A stretch of DNA of 64,000 bases from a virus, in the IMG/VR virus record IMGVR_UViG_3300022777_000060, one strand, 5' to 3'. The notes below the pieces were generated by a model that was not told where the DNA came from, made no database searches, and was given only the letters and a program-made list of their open reading frames with translations. Below, in pieces: positions 37,519 through 46,995 of this stretch. How positions within the stretch are numbered: position 1 is the first letter of the stretch; the number at the start of each line of letters is the position of its first letter. Made by a program: the position numbers and the translations under genes.

Positions 37519-39384
37519 TTATACGACTCGCACTTGGATGTCTCTATTCGGAAACCGAATGGTGAATATAGACGGGTCTTGGGACGGAAATATCACGCCT
37601 CGACGTTCTGCACGGTCAAGGTCATAGCGGTTTCCGGCGTAGCCTTCGTCGGTGTTGAATAGGTTTTCAAACTCAAGGATCTGAACGTTTTGAACTCCCT
37701 CCAACGCGTTGAGGTCATTGACGATCTCTCCCTGAACGATTGGCTGGTTGAAGTCTCTGTTTTCGGGGGAAAGAGCTTCTTCGATTGTGTTGATGACTTC
37801 GATTTTCGTTTCACGATTGGAAAAGGTTTGAAATACCGACACTTCCACTTGCGCTCCAACGTTAACTACGTATCCGTCCAGAATGTTGATTGCGTCTGTG
37901 AGCATTCGGTATTGCCGCAAGAACTGTCGAACGTTCTCTTTGATGGCGTCATTGACGGAAACAAGATGCTGATTTTCATCCCAACCGAGCACTCGCAAGT
38001 TCACTGCCAAAGGGTTGTCAAGCTCGGTGTCTTTGTCAACGGTTGCCTTTGCGACCGAACCGTATCGGCTCGGCATCGAAAGCACGCGAGTTACATAGTC
38101 CTCTTCGGTGACAACTCGGTTCTGTGCAGCGAAGAACGCTTGCGCGTTTCGCCTCACTTCTTCAGTGGACTCTCCGGGGCCGCCGCCGGTCGCTGGAACC
38201 GGATTGGTAACTCGAATGGAGTCCTGAATCTCCTGCAAGATTTGTTGGCTGTCTGCTCCCACCGCTTCAACGTCATTGATGTTGAAGGTAATGTCTTCGA
38301 TGCTCGTAAGATCATTGATTGGTACGTTTGAACCAGTGCCACCGCCAACGACATACTCAACTTCAAGCGTCGTGTCGAACGGCACCTGACCGAACGTGTC
38401 AATAGAAAGGAAGTTGGCGGGATCAATCGGCAGCTCAAGCTGCTCAATCGACCGTATCTGCGGGTTTCCAATCGTCAAGGGGTTTGGCACAAGGCGGCTC
38501 TGGTTGTCCTTCGATACTCCAGAACCGAACTGAATGGACGTGAGGCCGTCGCTTCGGGTGCGAGAAACAAAGCGGCGAGGCTGCCGTGAAAGCCGCATAA
38601 GAAACGGCACTTCATCCCGAAACTGTTCAAGCTCTTCGTCAATCCCGTCGACGTTTCGAAACTCTTCGAAGACCTGCTCTTGGGCGAGATAAGGAACCTC
38701 TCGCCACGTGTTTCCTTGGGCGTCTTCAACGTTCAGGATCTCGATTACATTTTCATCCTGAATGAGCCGACTCGGGTAGGGGTCGGGATCGCTAAAGTCA
38801 AACGTCGTCGTTTCAATCGTTCCTGCGGCCGCACGCACGCGTTTTGTAAGAAGGTAACTCGCCGGTCGGCCCGTGTTCTGGTCCATCTCAAAGATTTGAA
38901 CCTCAAGTGGGCTTTCAGGCGTGTCCACCTCAAAGTTCACGTCTTCAAGTGTCCGAAACTGCACGTCCGGTCGTGAACCGCTCGCCACAATCATGTTCTC
39001 TTCGATGATCGGAACGAATCGAAAATCCGGTTGAACCGTTCCGCTGACCGTTCGAGCCGGAACCACCGCAAAAACGTCAAGCTCTGTCGTCGCAGGCTCA
39101 GTAACGTTTGGGCGATACCCCATTTCGTTTGCCAACGCGACAACGTTTTGCCGCTCTTCGGCAAACTGGATGAAGTTTTCTTTGAACTGTGCGTCGGTAT
39201 AAAAAGAAAGCACGTCTCCCACGTAGGCCGCCATGTCGATATACATGAGGCCGATTGACCCTTCACTGAAGTCCTGTACTGTGTTTGGATAGTAGGCTTC
39301 AGCGAAGTTTATGAGCTGGTCTTGGATCGAAGCGAACTCTCGGTTCAGATACCGAACGTCCACTTCTTTGTCGCCATTTGCCAT
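37519..39384 (-). CDS. gp6: Baseplate wedge subunit, T4 gp6-like
   Basis: YLNREF..IQDQL, DFSEGSIG...AAYVGDVLSFY, GY.P, ES.EEVR.NA..FAAQNRVVT.EDY. Confidence 0.88.
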   Translation of the reverse strand: MANGDKEVDVRYLNREFASIQDQLINFAEAYYPNTVQDFSEGSIGLMYIDMAAYVGDVLSFYTDAQFKENFIQFAEERQNVVALANEMGYRPNVTEPATTELDVFAVVPARTVSGTVQPDFRFVPIIEENMIVASGSRPDVQFRTLEDVNFEVDTPESPLEVQIFEMDQNTGRPASYLLTKRVRAAAGTIETTTFDFSDPDPYPSRLIQDENVIEILNVEDAQGNTWREVPYLAQEQVFEEFRNVDGIDEELEQFRDEVPFLMRLSRQPRRFVSRTRSDGLTSIQFGSGVSKDNQSRLVPNPLTIGNPQIRSIEQLELPIDPANFLSIDTFGQVPFDTTLEVEYVVGGGTGSNVPINDLTSIEDITFNINDVEAVGADSQQILQEIQDSIRVTNPVPATGGGPGESTEEVRRNAQAFFAAQNRVVTEEDYVTRVLSMPSRYGSVAKATVDKDTELDNPLAVNLRVLGWDENQHLVSVNDAIKENVRQFLRQYRMLTDAINILDGYVVNVGAQVEVSVFQTFSNRETKIEVINTIEEALSPENRDFNQPIVQGEIVNDLNALEGVQNVQILEFENLFNTDEGYAGNRYDLDRAERRGVIFPSQDPSIFTIRFPNRDIQVRVV

Positions 39385-39388
39385 TTAC

Positions 39389-39787
39389 CTACGTAGGTTG
39401 ATTTGAGAGTTCAAAGAAAAGTTGAATGTTCTCTTCCTTGTCACCGGGAAGAAAGGCTGTCGTAAACGTAAGCTCAACAGTTGCCACTTGGCGTTCTTCG
39501 TCCCTGCGCACCACCAGATCAGTGATCGTGACGTAGGGAATGAATCGCTCAATCGCTCTCTCGATTTCTTCGCGAATATCAATGCGAAGCTGTTCGCTCA
39601 TCGGCTCAAAAAGAAGTTCTTCGAGCCTTGTACCGAACTCAGGTCGGGCGATTCGCTCGCCTTTCTTTGTCGAGAGAACGTTGATGATGTTTGCCTTGGT
39701 ATGCTCAATCGTCGTGAAGGTTTTGTCAAAGTAACCGTCACTTGAGCGTTGGATTGGGTAGTTGACCCCAAGTGCGTCTTCTGGCAT
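39389..39787 (-). CDS. gp25: Baseplate wedge subunit, T4 gp25-like
   Basis: KANIINVLSTKKGERIARPEFGTRLEELLFEP. Confidence 0.9.
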   Translation of the reverse strand: MPEDALGVNYPIQRSSDGYFDKTFTTIEHTKANIINVLSTKKGERIARPEFGTRLEELLFEPMSEQLRIDIREEIERAIERFIPYVTITDLVVRRDEERQVATVELTFTTAFLPGDKEENIQLFFELSNQPT

Positions 39788-39789
39788 CT

Positions 39790-40608
39790 TTATTCATCAA
39801 ATTGGTTCATTAGCTCGCTGTAATCGCGGTTGGCGGCTTGCTTCACGTGGCCGGGAGCTTGCGCTTGCTGTGCAGGGTTTGGCTGTGCTCCACCTTGTGC
39901 GCCTTGTGGAACGGCACCGCCCATCGCCTGGTTTCCATCAACTGTCGGCCAATCTTGCTGACTTCCCTGCTGTGCTCCACCTTGTGGTTGCGGTTGAGGT
40001 TGTGCGCCCCCTTGTGCTTCGGCTGCAGGGTTTTCGGAGAATCCGCTTCCAGCTTGTGGCATTCCGCCGGACATAGACACGCGGCTATTGCCGCCGCCCA
40101 TACCGCCCATGCCGCCGCCCATTGCTTGTGCGGCTACGGGGTTCGCGACCGCTCCTGCGGCCGGTCCTTGCTGTTGTGCGGGTTGCTGTTGCGGTTGCGC
40201 TTGCGGCTGCTGCTGTGCGTTGAGCTGCTGTTTGCCGCCTTGCTGTTGCTGGCCGCCGCCTCGTGCCTTCTGGCGAATGTGTTCAGTGATCTTTTGCAAG
40301 TTCTCTTCCTTGCTGTTCTCACCACCGCCGCCGGTGTTGGAGCCGCCGCCCATTTGCTGCTCTGCGCCTTCCTTGACCGCTTGCTTCATGTCTTGCTTTG
40401 TGTCTTGGCTTTGAAGAACCTCATTCACGAGTGGGTCTTTGCTTTGCGGCTGCTGTCGCTGCTGACCGCCACCGCCTTGAAGAGCCGATTTGATTTCGGT
40501 CATCACCTCACGCTTGACTTGCTTCTTCATGCGCTTGCGCTCTTTTTTGAGCTTTTTGTTGACAACCTTGTTTACGAGCTTGACTAGCTGTTTGCTTTGC
40601 TTATTCAT
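39790..40608 (-). CDS. Q/G/A-rich low-complexity protein
   Basis: ATG 40608 lies 27 nt downstream of a TACTTATA motif; helical N-terminus, low-complexity middle, NRDYSELM C-terminus. Confidence 0.75.
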   Translation of the reverse strand: MNKQSKQLVKLVNKVVNKKLKKERKRMKKQVKREVMTEIKSALQGGGGQQRQQPQSKDPLVNEVLQSQDTKQDMKQAVKEGAEQQMGGGSNTGGGGENSKEENLQKITEHIRQKARGGGQQQQGGKQQLNAQQQPQAQPQQQPAQQQGPAAGAVANPVAAQAMGGGMGGMGGGNSRVSMSGGMPQAGSGFSENPAAEAQGGAQPQPQPQGGAQQGSQQDWPTVDGNQAMGGAVPQGAQGGAQPNPAQQAQAPGHVKQAANRDYSELMNQFDE

Positions 40609-40634
40609 ATGATTGTGGTTTTGCCTTGTGCAGT

Positions 40635-40642
40635 TATAAGTA
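40635..40642 (-). promoter_or_regulatory. Putative late promoter TACTTATA
   Basis: Upstream of the 40608 start and baseplate genes. Confidence 0.6.
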
Positions 40643-40648
40643 TGAAAC

Positions 40649-41941
40649 TCACGCGGATGCAGGGGACATTTCTCGTTTGACTTTCTCGCCAACATTGTCG
40701 ACGAAGATTTTTTCGGATCGAACGGTGTCCCGAACCTTTTGCTCGATTTGTGCGTATGTTCCAGATTGGTTCGGCGGTCCGGTGGGGCCGCACGGTGTCG
40801 GGTGCGTTTCGATTTGAAGCGTCTGCAGCGTTTCTACGAACCGATCGTGGGTTTGCTGCCCTCTTGCCACCGGCTCATTTTCGTTTTCCGTAGCAAGGTG
40901 GATATTGCCTTCAGGAAGCACGTCAAAATACGACTCGGAAATGTGAAGGTGCCCCTGAATCGAAAGCGTCTTGATTCTCTTCTTTGCGTCGATCGTGTAG
41001 TTTGAAAGCGTCACCCAGTTCGTGTCTTTCTTCGAGAACCCCATGATTTGCCGCTCTTTGGCGTTCATCACAATGCGATTTGTTGCCATCAATATCTGAG
41101 CGTTATTGTAGCTCGGGTCCTCGGCGGCCGAAAACAGGTGGTCCCCAAAATCGACTGTTGTCGGCTCCAGCTCTGCAGACGTCGAATCCGGATCAAGTGG
41201 AAACTCAACGGGTTCGTCTGTAAGATAAATCGAAGTTGGGTCGTCGTTGATGTCCTCAAAAAATGGAGTGAGGTAGTCTGCACTTTCCACGTCCGATCGC
41301 TGGCCGACTCGAAGCTGCATGATCGGATTCATGCTTCCATCACGGCCGAGCCTCACAGAGTTTCCAAACCGCCCTTCAACAACGGTATCTCCTGCACGGT
41401 GACGAAGTGGTTTGATTTTATCGGAAAGCTCGAAATCTGCGCCTTCGATATCGAGTTCACCGCCGCCGCTGGTGCCGGGAGTTCCTTTCTGTGCGTCGGA
41501 GACGCTTCCCCCTCCACCGCCTTCGATTTTGTCAATCGAGAACTGTGCTGCTGAGTTTTGATTTGGATTCGTGCGCCAGTTCGCGGTCTGGAAATAGTAG
41601 GGCTTTCCATTGAGGTCTGTTACAACTACAAGCTCGTATTCCAGCGGGTAGTCTTTGAACCTTGACTTCATCGGATGGGCGTATCCAAGCGATTCTTTGT
41701 CTCTGTCAAACTCAGAAACAACCTTCCGAACCTTTGCCTTTCCAATGTCCTCGTTTACGGTGTAGTCCGGATGATCCGAAGAACGAATGACATCGATAAC
41801 CTCTGCAAGCTCCCAGTTCCGATACTCCCGATCCGGTTGGCTTGTATTTTTTTCGGCGTACTCCCGGCCGGACACCTTATTTGCTTCATAACCGCCTTTC
41901 TTCTTCGGCGTGATCCGGCTCTTGTTTTGCTGGTAGCTCAT
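40649..41941 (-). CDS. Putative baseplate hub/central spike protein
   Basis: GDTVVEGRFGNSVRLG, NAQILMATNRIVMNAK, C-terminal ETHPTPCGPTGPP. Confidence 0.6.
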   Translation of the reverse strand: MSYQQNKSRITPKKKGGYEANKVSGREYAEKNTSQPDREYRNWELAEVIDVIRSSDHPDYTVNEDIGKAKVRKVVSEFDRDKESLGYAHPMKSRFKDYPLEYELVVVTDLNGKPYYFQTANWRTNPNQNSAAQFSIDKIEGGGGGSVSDAQKGTPGTSGGGELDIEGADFELSDKIKPLRHRAGDTVVEGRFGNSVRLGRDGSMNPIMQLRVGQRSDVESADYLTPFFEDINDDPTSIYLTDEPVEFPLDPDSTSAELEPTTVDFGDHLFSAAEDPSYNNAQILMATNRIVMNAKERQIMGFSKKDTNWVTLSNYTIDAKKRIKTLSIQGHLHISESYFDVLPEGNIHLATENENEPVARGQQTHDRFVETLQTLQIETHPTPCGPTGPPNQSGTYAQIEQKVRDTVRSEKIFVDNVGEKVKREMSPASA

Positions 41942-42372
41942 ACATCAAGCTCTTCTTCTTTGTCGATCTGTTTGACTTTCTTTTTGGCCTCGCCCATGAG
42001 ATCTTCCATCTCTTCCTCGCCCATCTCTTCAGCAATGCCTCGAAGTTCTTCTTTCTCTTCGTCGGTGAATCCAACGCCGCCACCGCCGTCGTCGCCACTT
42101 TGCTTGATGGAAGCGTTGTACATGCGCTGAATCACCTGCGCAATCTTAACGAGCTGTTCGTTGTTTTGAACATTGATTTCAAGATACTCTTTAATCAGCG
42201 GCACAAGGGCAACGGCGTCTTCTTCACTTTCCATGAGATCGGAAAGCTGATCGACAAGCCGCTCCACAATCTCTTTTTGCTCTTGGCTACGGTTGTGGGC
42301 CTCTTCCAGAATGTCCCCGAGGGACGTTTCTCCAAAAGCAGTGACGTCGTCGGGATTCATTTCATCGCTCAT
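41938..42372 (-). CDS. Conserved hypothetical protein
   Basis: ALVPLIKEYLEINVQNNEQLVKIA..IQR; preceded by TACTTATA. Confidence 0.75.
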   Translation of the reverse strand: MSDEMNPDDVTAFGETSLGDILEEAHNRSQEQKEIVERLVDQLSDLMESEEDAVALVPLIKEYLEINVQNNEQLVKIAQVIQRMYNASIKQSGDDGGGGVGFTDEEKEELRGIAEEMGEEEMEDLMGEAKKKVKQIDKEEELDV

Positions 42373-42397
42373 AGCATTTGCGAAGATCTTGTTCAGC

Positions 42398-42405
42398 TAT
42401 AAGTA
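42398..42405 (-). promoter_or_regulatory. Putative late promoter TACTTATA
   Basis: After a terminator, upstream of the 42372 start. Confidence 0.6.
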
Positions 42406-42421
42406 TGAAGTTACCCAAAAT

Positions 42422-42451
42422 AAAAAAGGCGCGTCCTCTCGGACGCGCCTT
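42422..42451 (-). terminator. Intrinsic terminator after the sigma gene
   Basis: AAGGCGCGTCC/GGACGCGCCTT + T run. Confidence 0.8.
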
Positions 42452-42479
42452 GTGGTGGGGGACCGGGCTTCGCTTTCAC

Positions 42480-43394
42480 TTACGTTTCAAAGAACTTGTT
42501 GTCGGGTTTGATGGTTCCCGTGTCCCGATAGTTCTCGGAAAGTTCTTTGTACTCCTCGCGAAAGCGTTTGACGACCTTCGTGATGTGCTGCGTACGTTCC
42601 ACGCCGGTCATTTCCCGAATCATCACGTAGAGTCCCTTCTTATTGAAGGTCTCAATCGTTTTTCGCTTCTCGAACAGTTGAAGCAGAGCGTCGGCGATTT
42701 TGATGTCCCGCTCTTTGTTAAACATGTTCGAGATTCGATTTCGCCAGTAGCCGATCATTTCGTCGAAGAACTGATCTCGTTGGATCACGTCCTCGAAGTT
42801 CTCTTCCATCGGCATATCGAAGTCCTTCTCGTCGTCGTCAATCCGAACTTCTTCCTTATAGCGGTCGTAGTTTTTGTTGTTGATCTGAATGAGCTTGTTT
42901 CGGGCAATCATCGAGAAGTAGCTGAACGCTTTGCCCTTGCTCTTGTCGTACATGTGGATTTTTTCCACAAGGTGATGAACGACCCGTTGTTGGACATCCT
43001 CATACGGGACGTCAAAGTAGCTGAACTTGTACTTGTTGAAGATGCTTTCGACCAGCTTCTCAAAAGGTTCCTTGACCTCAGTGCGGTAGATAAGGTTCTT
43101 CTGTTTTTCGAGTCTTTCGATTTCGCTTTGCTGGTCTTCCGGCATCTCTCGTATGAGCGTTGCCATGAGCTTCGGATGTTCTTCAATGGCGTCTTTCAGG
43201 TCCATTTCATCTTCTCCGTCGCCATACTCAATGCCGTGGTAATCGGCAACCATTTCCTCAATCTCTTGAGTCAAATAGTTGTAATCTACGATCGCGTCTT
43301 CGGTTCCCGTCGTGAAATAGTAGTTCGCATTCTTCTCATCTTCCTCTTCTTCGTATTCGTCTTTACTAACCGTTCGAGTCTCTTTAAGTGCCAT
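42480..43394 (-). CDS. Putative phage sigma factor (late transcription)
   Basis: Sigma-70 region-2-like DVQQRVVHHLVEKIHMYDKSKGKAFSYFSMIARN; helical C-terminus. Confidence 0.65.
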   Translation of the reverse strand: MALKETRTVSKDEYEEEEDEKNANYYFTTGTEDAIVDYNYLTQEIEEMVADYHGIEYGDGEDEMDLKDAIEEHPKLMATLIREMPEDQQSEIERLEKQKNLIYRTEVKEPFEKLVESIFNKYKFSYFDVPYEDVQQRVVHHLVEKIHMYDKSKGKAFSYFSMIARNKLIQINNKNYDRYKEEVRIDDDEKDFDMPMEENFEDVIQRDQFFDEMIGYWRNRISNMFNKERDIKIADALLQLFEKRKTIETFNKKGLYVMIREMTGVERTQHITKVVKRFREEYKELSENYRDTGTIKPDNKFFET

Positions 43395-43444
43395 AGTGTC
43401 AGAGTTTATTTGTGTGCAGGTGCAGTTATTATATAGAGCAAATC

Positions 43445-43738
43445 TTATGCCTGCTCAGGAAAATCGTCCTCAACTTTCTCTTCCGGATAGAAACCGAGCT
43501 TGAACAGCTCTTTCATCATATCCCGAAGCGCAGAGAAGAAAAAACCAACTTGGTCGTCCGCTTCCATTGCGCCCGAGTCATCGAGCCGTTTGAGCTGGTT
43601 GTACACTTCTTCTACTGTCGTCGCAAGGTTGTCATACCACTGCTGGTAGAACTGAACCTTGTTGTAGAGGTTGTATGTTGTATACCCAAGAACAAGGGTT
43701 GTTGTTCCGAATACAAATGTGAGAATGATCCAAACCAT
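43445..43738 (-). CDS. Single-TM membrane protein
   Basis: N-terminal hydrophobic helix + coiled coil. Confidence 0.7.
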   Translation of the reverse strand: MVWIILTFVFGTTTLVLGYTTYNLYNKVQFYQQWYDNLATTVEEVYNQLKRLDDSGAMEADDQVGFFFSALRDMMKELFKLGFYPEEKVEDDFPEQA

Positions 43739-44370
43739 TATCCAAAGAGTTCTTCGAAGTCCGCTCCTGCCTCGCTACGTTCTTCTTCGGAAGGCTCGTC
43801 TTCTGGTGGGGAATCGGGCTCTTCCTCTTCTTCTTCGCCGGTGCCGAACACTTCGTCGAACTCACCGTCGTCTTCCGATTCATCTTCGATTCCAGCTCGC
43901 TTTTTGAACGTTTCCTCCATGTCTTCCTCCGACTCTTCTGACGACTCCTCCGCTGGCTGTTCTTCGGAAGATTCTTCGCCCTCAAGCTCTTCTTCAGCTT
44001 CTTCAGTCAACTGTTCCTTGAGGTCTTCCCGAAGGTCATTTTTGATCTTCTCTTCGGTTTCTTTTGACACTTCCGCGTCTTCGGAACTGAATCCTGTGTA
44101 GTCCAGATCCTTTTTGGCAACGTCGGTGTCTTCTTCGGCCTCTTCAAGCGCCTCTTTCTCTTTATTTTCTTGGCTCGGTTGAGGCTCTTCATCGATGAAG
44201 CCTCGAAGCTCTTCTTTATCGGAATCGCTTAGGGTGCCGCCGTCGCCACGAAGGATCTTCTTGATTTCCCTCAGCTCTTGCTGAATAGCTTCATCGGTTT
44301 TTCCGATCTCAAAGGTGATATTCACTTCAAGATCCTCTTCGGAAATGTGTTGAATGAGTTCTTTAATCAT
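43738..44370 (-). CDS. Extremely acidic hypothetical protein
   Basis: 210 aa ORF, E/D-rich. Confidence 0.7.
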   Translation of the reverse strand: MIKELIQHISEEDLEVNITFEIGKTDEAIQQELREIKKILRGDGGTLSDSDKEELRGFIDEEPQPSQENKEKEALEEAEEDTDVAKKDLDYTGFSSEDAEVSKETEEKIKNDLREDLKEQLTEEAEEELEGEESSEEQPAEESSEESEEDMEETFKKRAGIEDESEDDGEFDEVFGTGEEEEEEPDSPPEDEPSEEERSEAGADFEELFG

Positions 44371-44930
44371 GATATTAGGTCGTTGTCAAATCGTTCGTAG
44401 ATGTCGTTCAATGCTTGGAGTTGCTTTTCGGTGACGTCGAGATGCCGGTGAACGTGATCTCGAACGCTGGAAATGAAGTCAATCGCACTTTCCTTCGACT
44501 TCTCCAACCGCTCTTCCGGATCGAATGGAAGGTCTTGCGACTGCGCACTCATTTGAGCGCCCACACGCTTGCGGCTGACGTGCCGCTCAATGCGATCCAT
44601 TCTCTTGAGAACAGAGTTGATCCACTCAACATGGTCCAGAGAAGTGAACCGCCGCTCGACAATAGCGAGAATGGTCGGATCCGACCAGTCAACGTTCTTA
44701 TCAGCGATTGCCTTGAGGTCGCCGTGCGCTTCGATATGTTCTCTCGGCACCGATTCAACCCATTTCTTCGCTTTCTGAATGAACGTGGACACGTCCCCGT
44801 GCTTGCTCTTCACTTTCTTCACAGACGGGGCTTCTCCGTTTTCGTACCAAGATTGTTTCGTAGAACCTCCCATTGTTGTTTTTGTATTTCTTCGTGTATT
44901 TTGTCGTTGTATGAGGTTATACAAACTCAA
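44367..44930 (-). CDS. Hypothetical protein sharing a C-terminal helical domain with 29358..30137
   Basis: AIDFISSVRDH..VTEKQLQALNDIYERF; start probably ATG 44873. Confidence 0.7.
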   Translation of the reverse strand: MSLYNLIQRQNTRRNTKTTMGGSTKQSWYENGEAPSVKKVKSKHGDVSTFIQKAKKWVESVPREHIEAHGDLKAIADKNVDWSDPTILAIVERRFTSLDHVEWINSVLKRMDRIERHVSRKRVGAQMSAQSQDLPFDPEERLEKSKESAIDFISSVRDHVHRHLDVTEKQLQALNDIYERFDNDLIS

Positions 44931-44956
44931 GCCCCATTTGTTCCGTGAAGCGCGTA

Positions 44957-46246
44957 TTAAGTGTCAAGCACAACCAGGCGTTCGGAAGCACGCGTGACTG
45001 CAACGTACTTGAGCCTCGCGATTTCTGAATAGTTTGGGCACGTGTTGATGTCCTCCACGTCAACAAACGTTTTCGTGAACGTCGATCCTTGCGCCTTGTG
45101 AGTGGTCATAGCGTAGGAATAGTCGACGTGTGCGAAGTGTTCTTTGTAGTCATAGTACTTTTCCCAATCGCCTGTCTTCTTTGCTTTGTCGGCCAAGTCT
45201 TCGAGCTTCGCTTCGTAGCGGCCCATTTCATCGCGATTGAGCACTTCGATATACCGAATGTTGTCACTGTCCGGCTCGGGAGAGATTTCGAGAAGCCACG
45301 TGTCAAACCCATAGAGGCTCGAAGGCTCTTTACCTCGCACAACGAACTCCTCGCTGTTCTGGATTACAGGAGCACGCTTATTTCCGTTCGAGCCGTACCA
45401 AGGGTCGGTTGCCACGAGCCATTCGCCTTCAATGTATTGCTCACCAGTCTCCCCGTACAGAAGGTCTCTGCAGATCCGGTTGTACGTGTTCACCACGTCG
45501 TTTCGGTACGCAAGGATTCGGGCGTAATCCCCGTTCTCCCTGTACTCGTCGGTGTCGAACGCTTCGTAGGCAAGCGCAATCAAGTCTTCACGGCCATTGA
45601 CCACTTCTACGCCTTGGTCTCCAACCGTGTCCGTCGTGAACGAGTACCGCTTCGCGTCGCTGGCCTCGCGAACCTCCATTGAAGTCTGGATGATTGGATT
45701 GTCCTGCTCTTGCCTCACGATCTTCTCCAGCTTATACCCGTCGTGATCAAGTGCTGGACTCGGGTTCTCATTGACAGGTGGAAGCTGCGCCGGATCTCCG
45801 GAAAACACGATGGAGAGGTTGAACTGCCGTTGAACGTCCATCAGAATGTCGTATAGCTCCTGCGGAACCATTGACGCTTCATCAATCGCGAGAAACGAGT
45901 TCCACGCGAAGTTCTTCATGCCTTCATGACTCTGAACGAAGTCGTATCCCCCTTCCCCGTCCGGTTTCGGGCGAAGCCCGAGCGTGGAGTGAACGGTTGT
46001 GACCGCCATATCTGTTTTGCGGCCGAGGACTTCGGCTGCCTTGTGCGTCGGAGCCATAACCACTGTTTCCGAAAACTCAGGCCCGAGACGCCGAACAAGG
46101 TGTTGAAGCGTGGTAGTCTTTCCTGTTCCCGCATAGCCAGAAAGGGTCGCGGCTGCAGGGTCGTCTGTGTCAACGATTTTACATATTCGGTCAAAAGCGA
46201 TTTGCTGTTCAGAGGTGAGAGAGTATGTAGCCGGTTGATTTCTCAT
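44957..46246 (-). CDS. dda: Dda-like SF1B helicase
   Basis: GYAGTGKTT, APTHKAA, IDEASMV, GDPAQLPPV, YAMTTHKAQGSTF, YVAVTRA. Confidence 0.93.
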   Translation of the reverse strand: MRNQPATYSLTSEQQIAFDRICKIVDTDDPAAATLSGYAGTGKTTTLQHLVRRLGPEFSETVVMAPTHKAAEVLGRKTDMAVTTVHSTLGLRPKPDGEGGYDFVQSHEGMKNFAWNSFLAIDEASMVPQELYDILMDVQRQFNLSIVFSGDPAQLPPVNENPSPALDHDGYKLEKIVRQEQDNPIIQTSMEVREASDAKRYSFTTDTVGDQGVEVVNGREDLIALAYEAFDTDEYRENGDYARILAYRNDVVNTYNRICRDLLYGETGEQYIEGEWLVATDPWYGSNGNKRAPVIQNSEEFVVRGKEPSSLYGFDTWLLEISPEPDSDNIRYIEVLNRDEMGRYEAKLEDLADKAKKTGDWEKYYDYKEHFAHVDYSYAMTTHKAQGSTFTKTFVDVEDINTCPNYSEIARLKYVAVTRASERLVVLDT

Positions 46247-46500
46247 TCAGACTGTGGATTTGTAAACCAAACGTATTGCTCGTCTTTCTCAATGTCAAGG
46301 TCGCTGACGCCGAAAAGATCTTGGGCGTACTCGTAGGCTTCATCAAAGTTTTTGTGCTCGCCGTCGTGGGTTTCTCCCTCGGATTCCACCACCCGGCGAG
46401 GGTAGCCAATCGAGTTTGTGGTCACAACCGCCGACACTGAGAGTGGTAAATCATCGTTGTCGCCAATCTTCTGTGCTACGTCGTTTAGTATATCTGACAT
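46243..46500 (-). CDS. Hypothetical protein
   Basis: Likely ATG 46500; overlaps the dda start. Confidence 0.6.
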   Translation of the reverse strand: MSDILNDVAQKIGDNDDLPLSVSAVVTTNSIGYPRRVVESEGETHDGEHKNFDEAYEYAQDLFGVSDLDIEKDEQYVWFTNPQSE

Positions 46501-46608
46501 ATTGTGTTGATGGGTTTGATAGTCGCTGCCGTGTCCACAAATAAGTATGACGGGACCGCCCGAAAAGGGCAGCCCCGCCATGAAGAACCGAGAAAATGAC
46601 GGTGAGGA

Positions 46609-46851
46609 TTATGTAGACGGTCCAGGCCATTGAACCAACGTGGACATGTAATAATCCATTGCCGTCTTGTTCACTTCCCCGTCATTGTATTCGTCCAGAA
46701 TGGCGTCAATCAGTTGCTGCTTCGTGTATCCCGTTTCATCGGCAACGTCGTCCCAGAAGCTATTGAGCCAATCCGTATCGCCGCTCCGCATTGCGTTGTC
46801 GTACTCTTCGAGGGTTTCAGTTTCGATCTGAGTTTCTACCACGTCAGTCAT
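46609..46851 (-). CDS. Small acidic hypothetical protein
   Basis: ORF track. Confidence 0.65.
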   Translation of the reverse strand: MTDVVETQIETETLEEYDNAMRSGDTDWLNSFWDDVADETGYTKQQLIDAILDEYNDGEVNKTAMDYYMSTLVQWPGPST

Positions 46852-46937
46852 GGTCCTGTTATTGTTGTAGGAGATTCAAAGTTTTCTTATGCGACTTCGC
46901 TTCTATATATGCGGCGTTTGCTCGACACCCCCGACAC

Positions 46938-46976
46938 AAAAAAACCGCCCGCCCCCTTCCGGGGACAGGCGGCACC
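46938..46976 (-). terminator. Intrinsic terminator after the DUF932-like gene
   Basis: GCCGCCTGTCCCC-GGAA-GGGGGCGGGCGGT + T run. Confidence 0.8.
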
Positions 46977-46995
46977 ACTCAGAAGAGCGGAGATT

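Noticed and set aside
39790-40608. CRISPR array or DNA tandem repeat in the Q/G-rich gene
   Set aside because: The repetition is at amino-acid level with varied codons. I saw no repeat-spacer array anywhere in the window.
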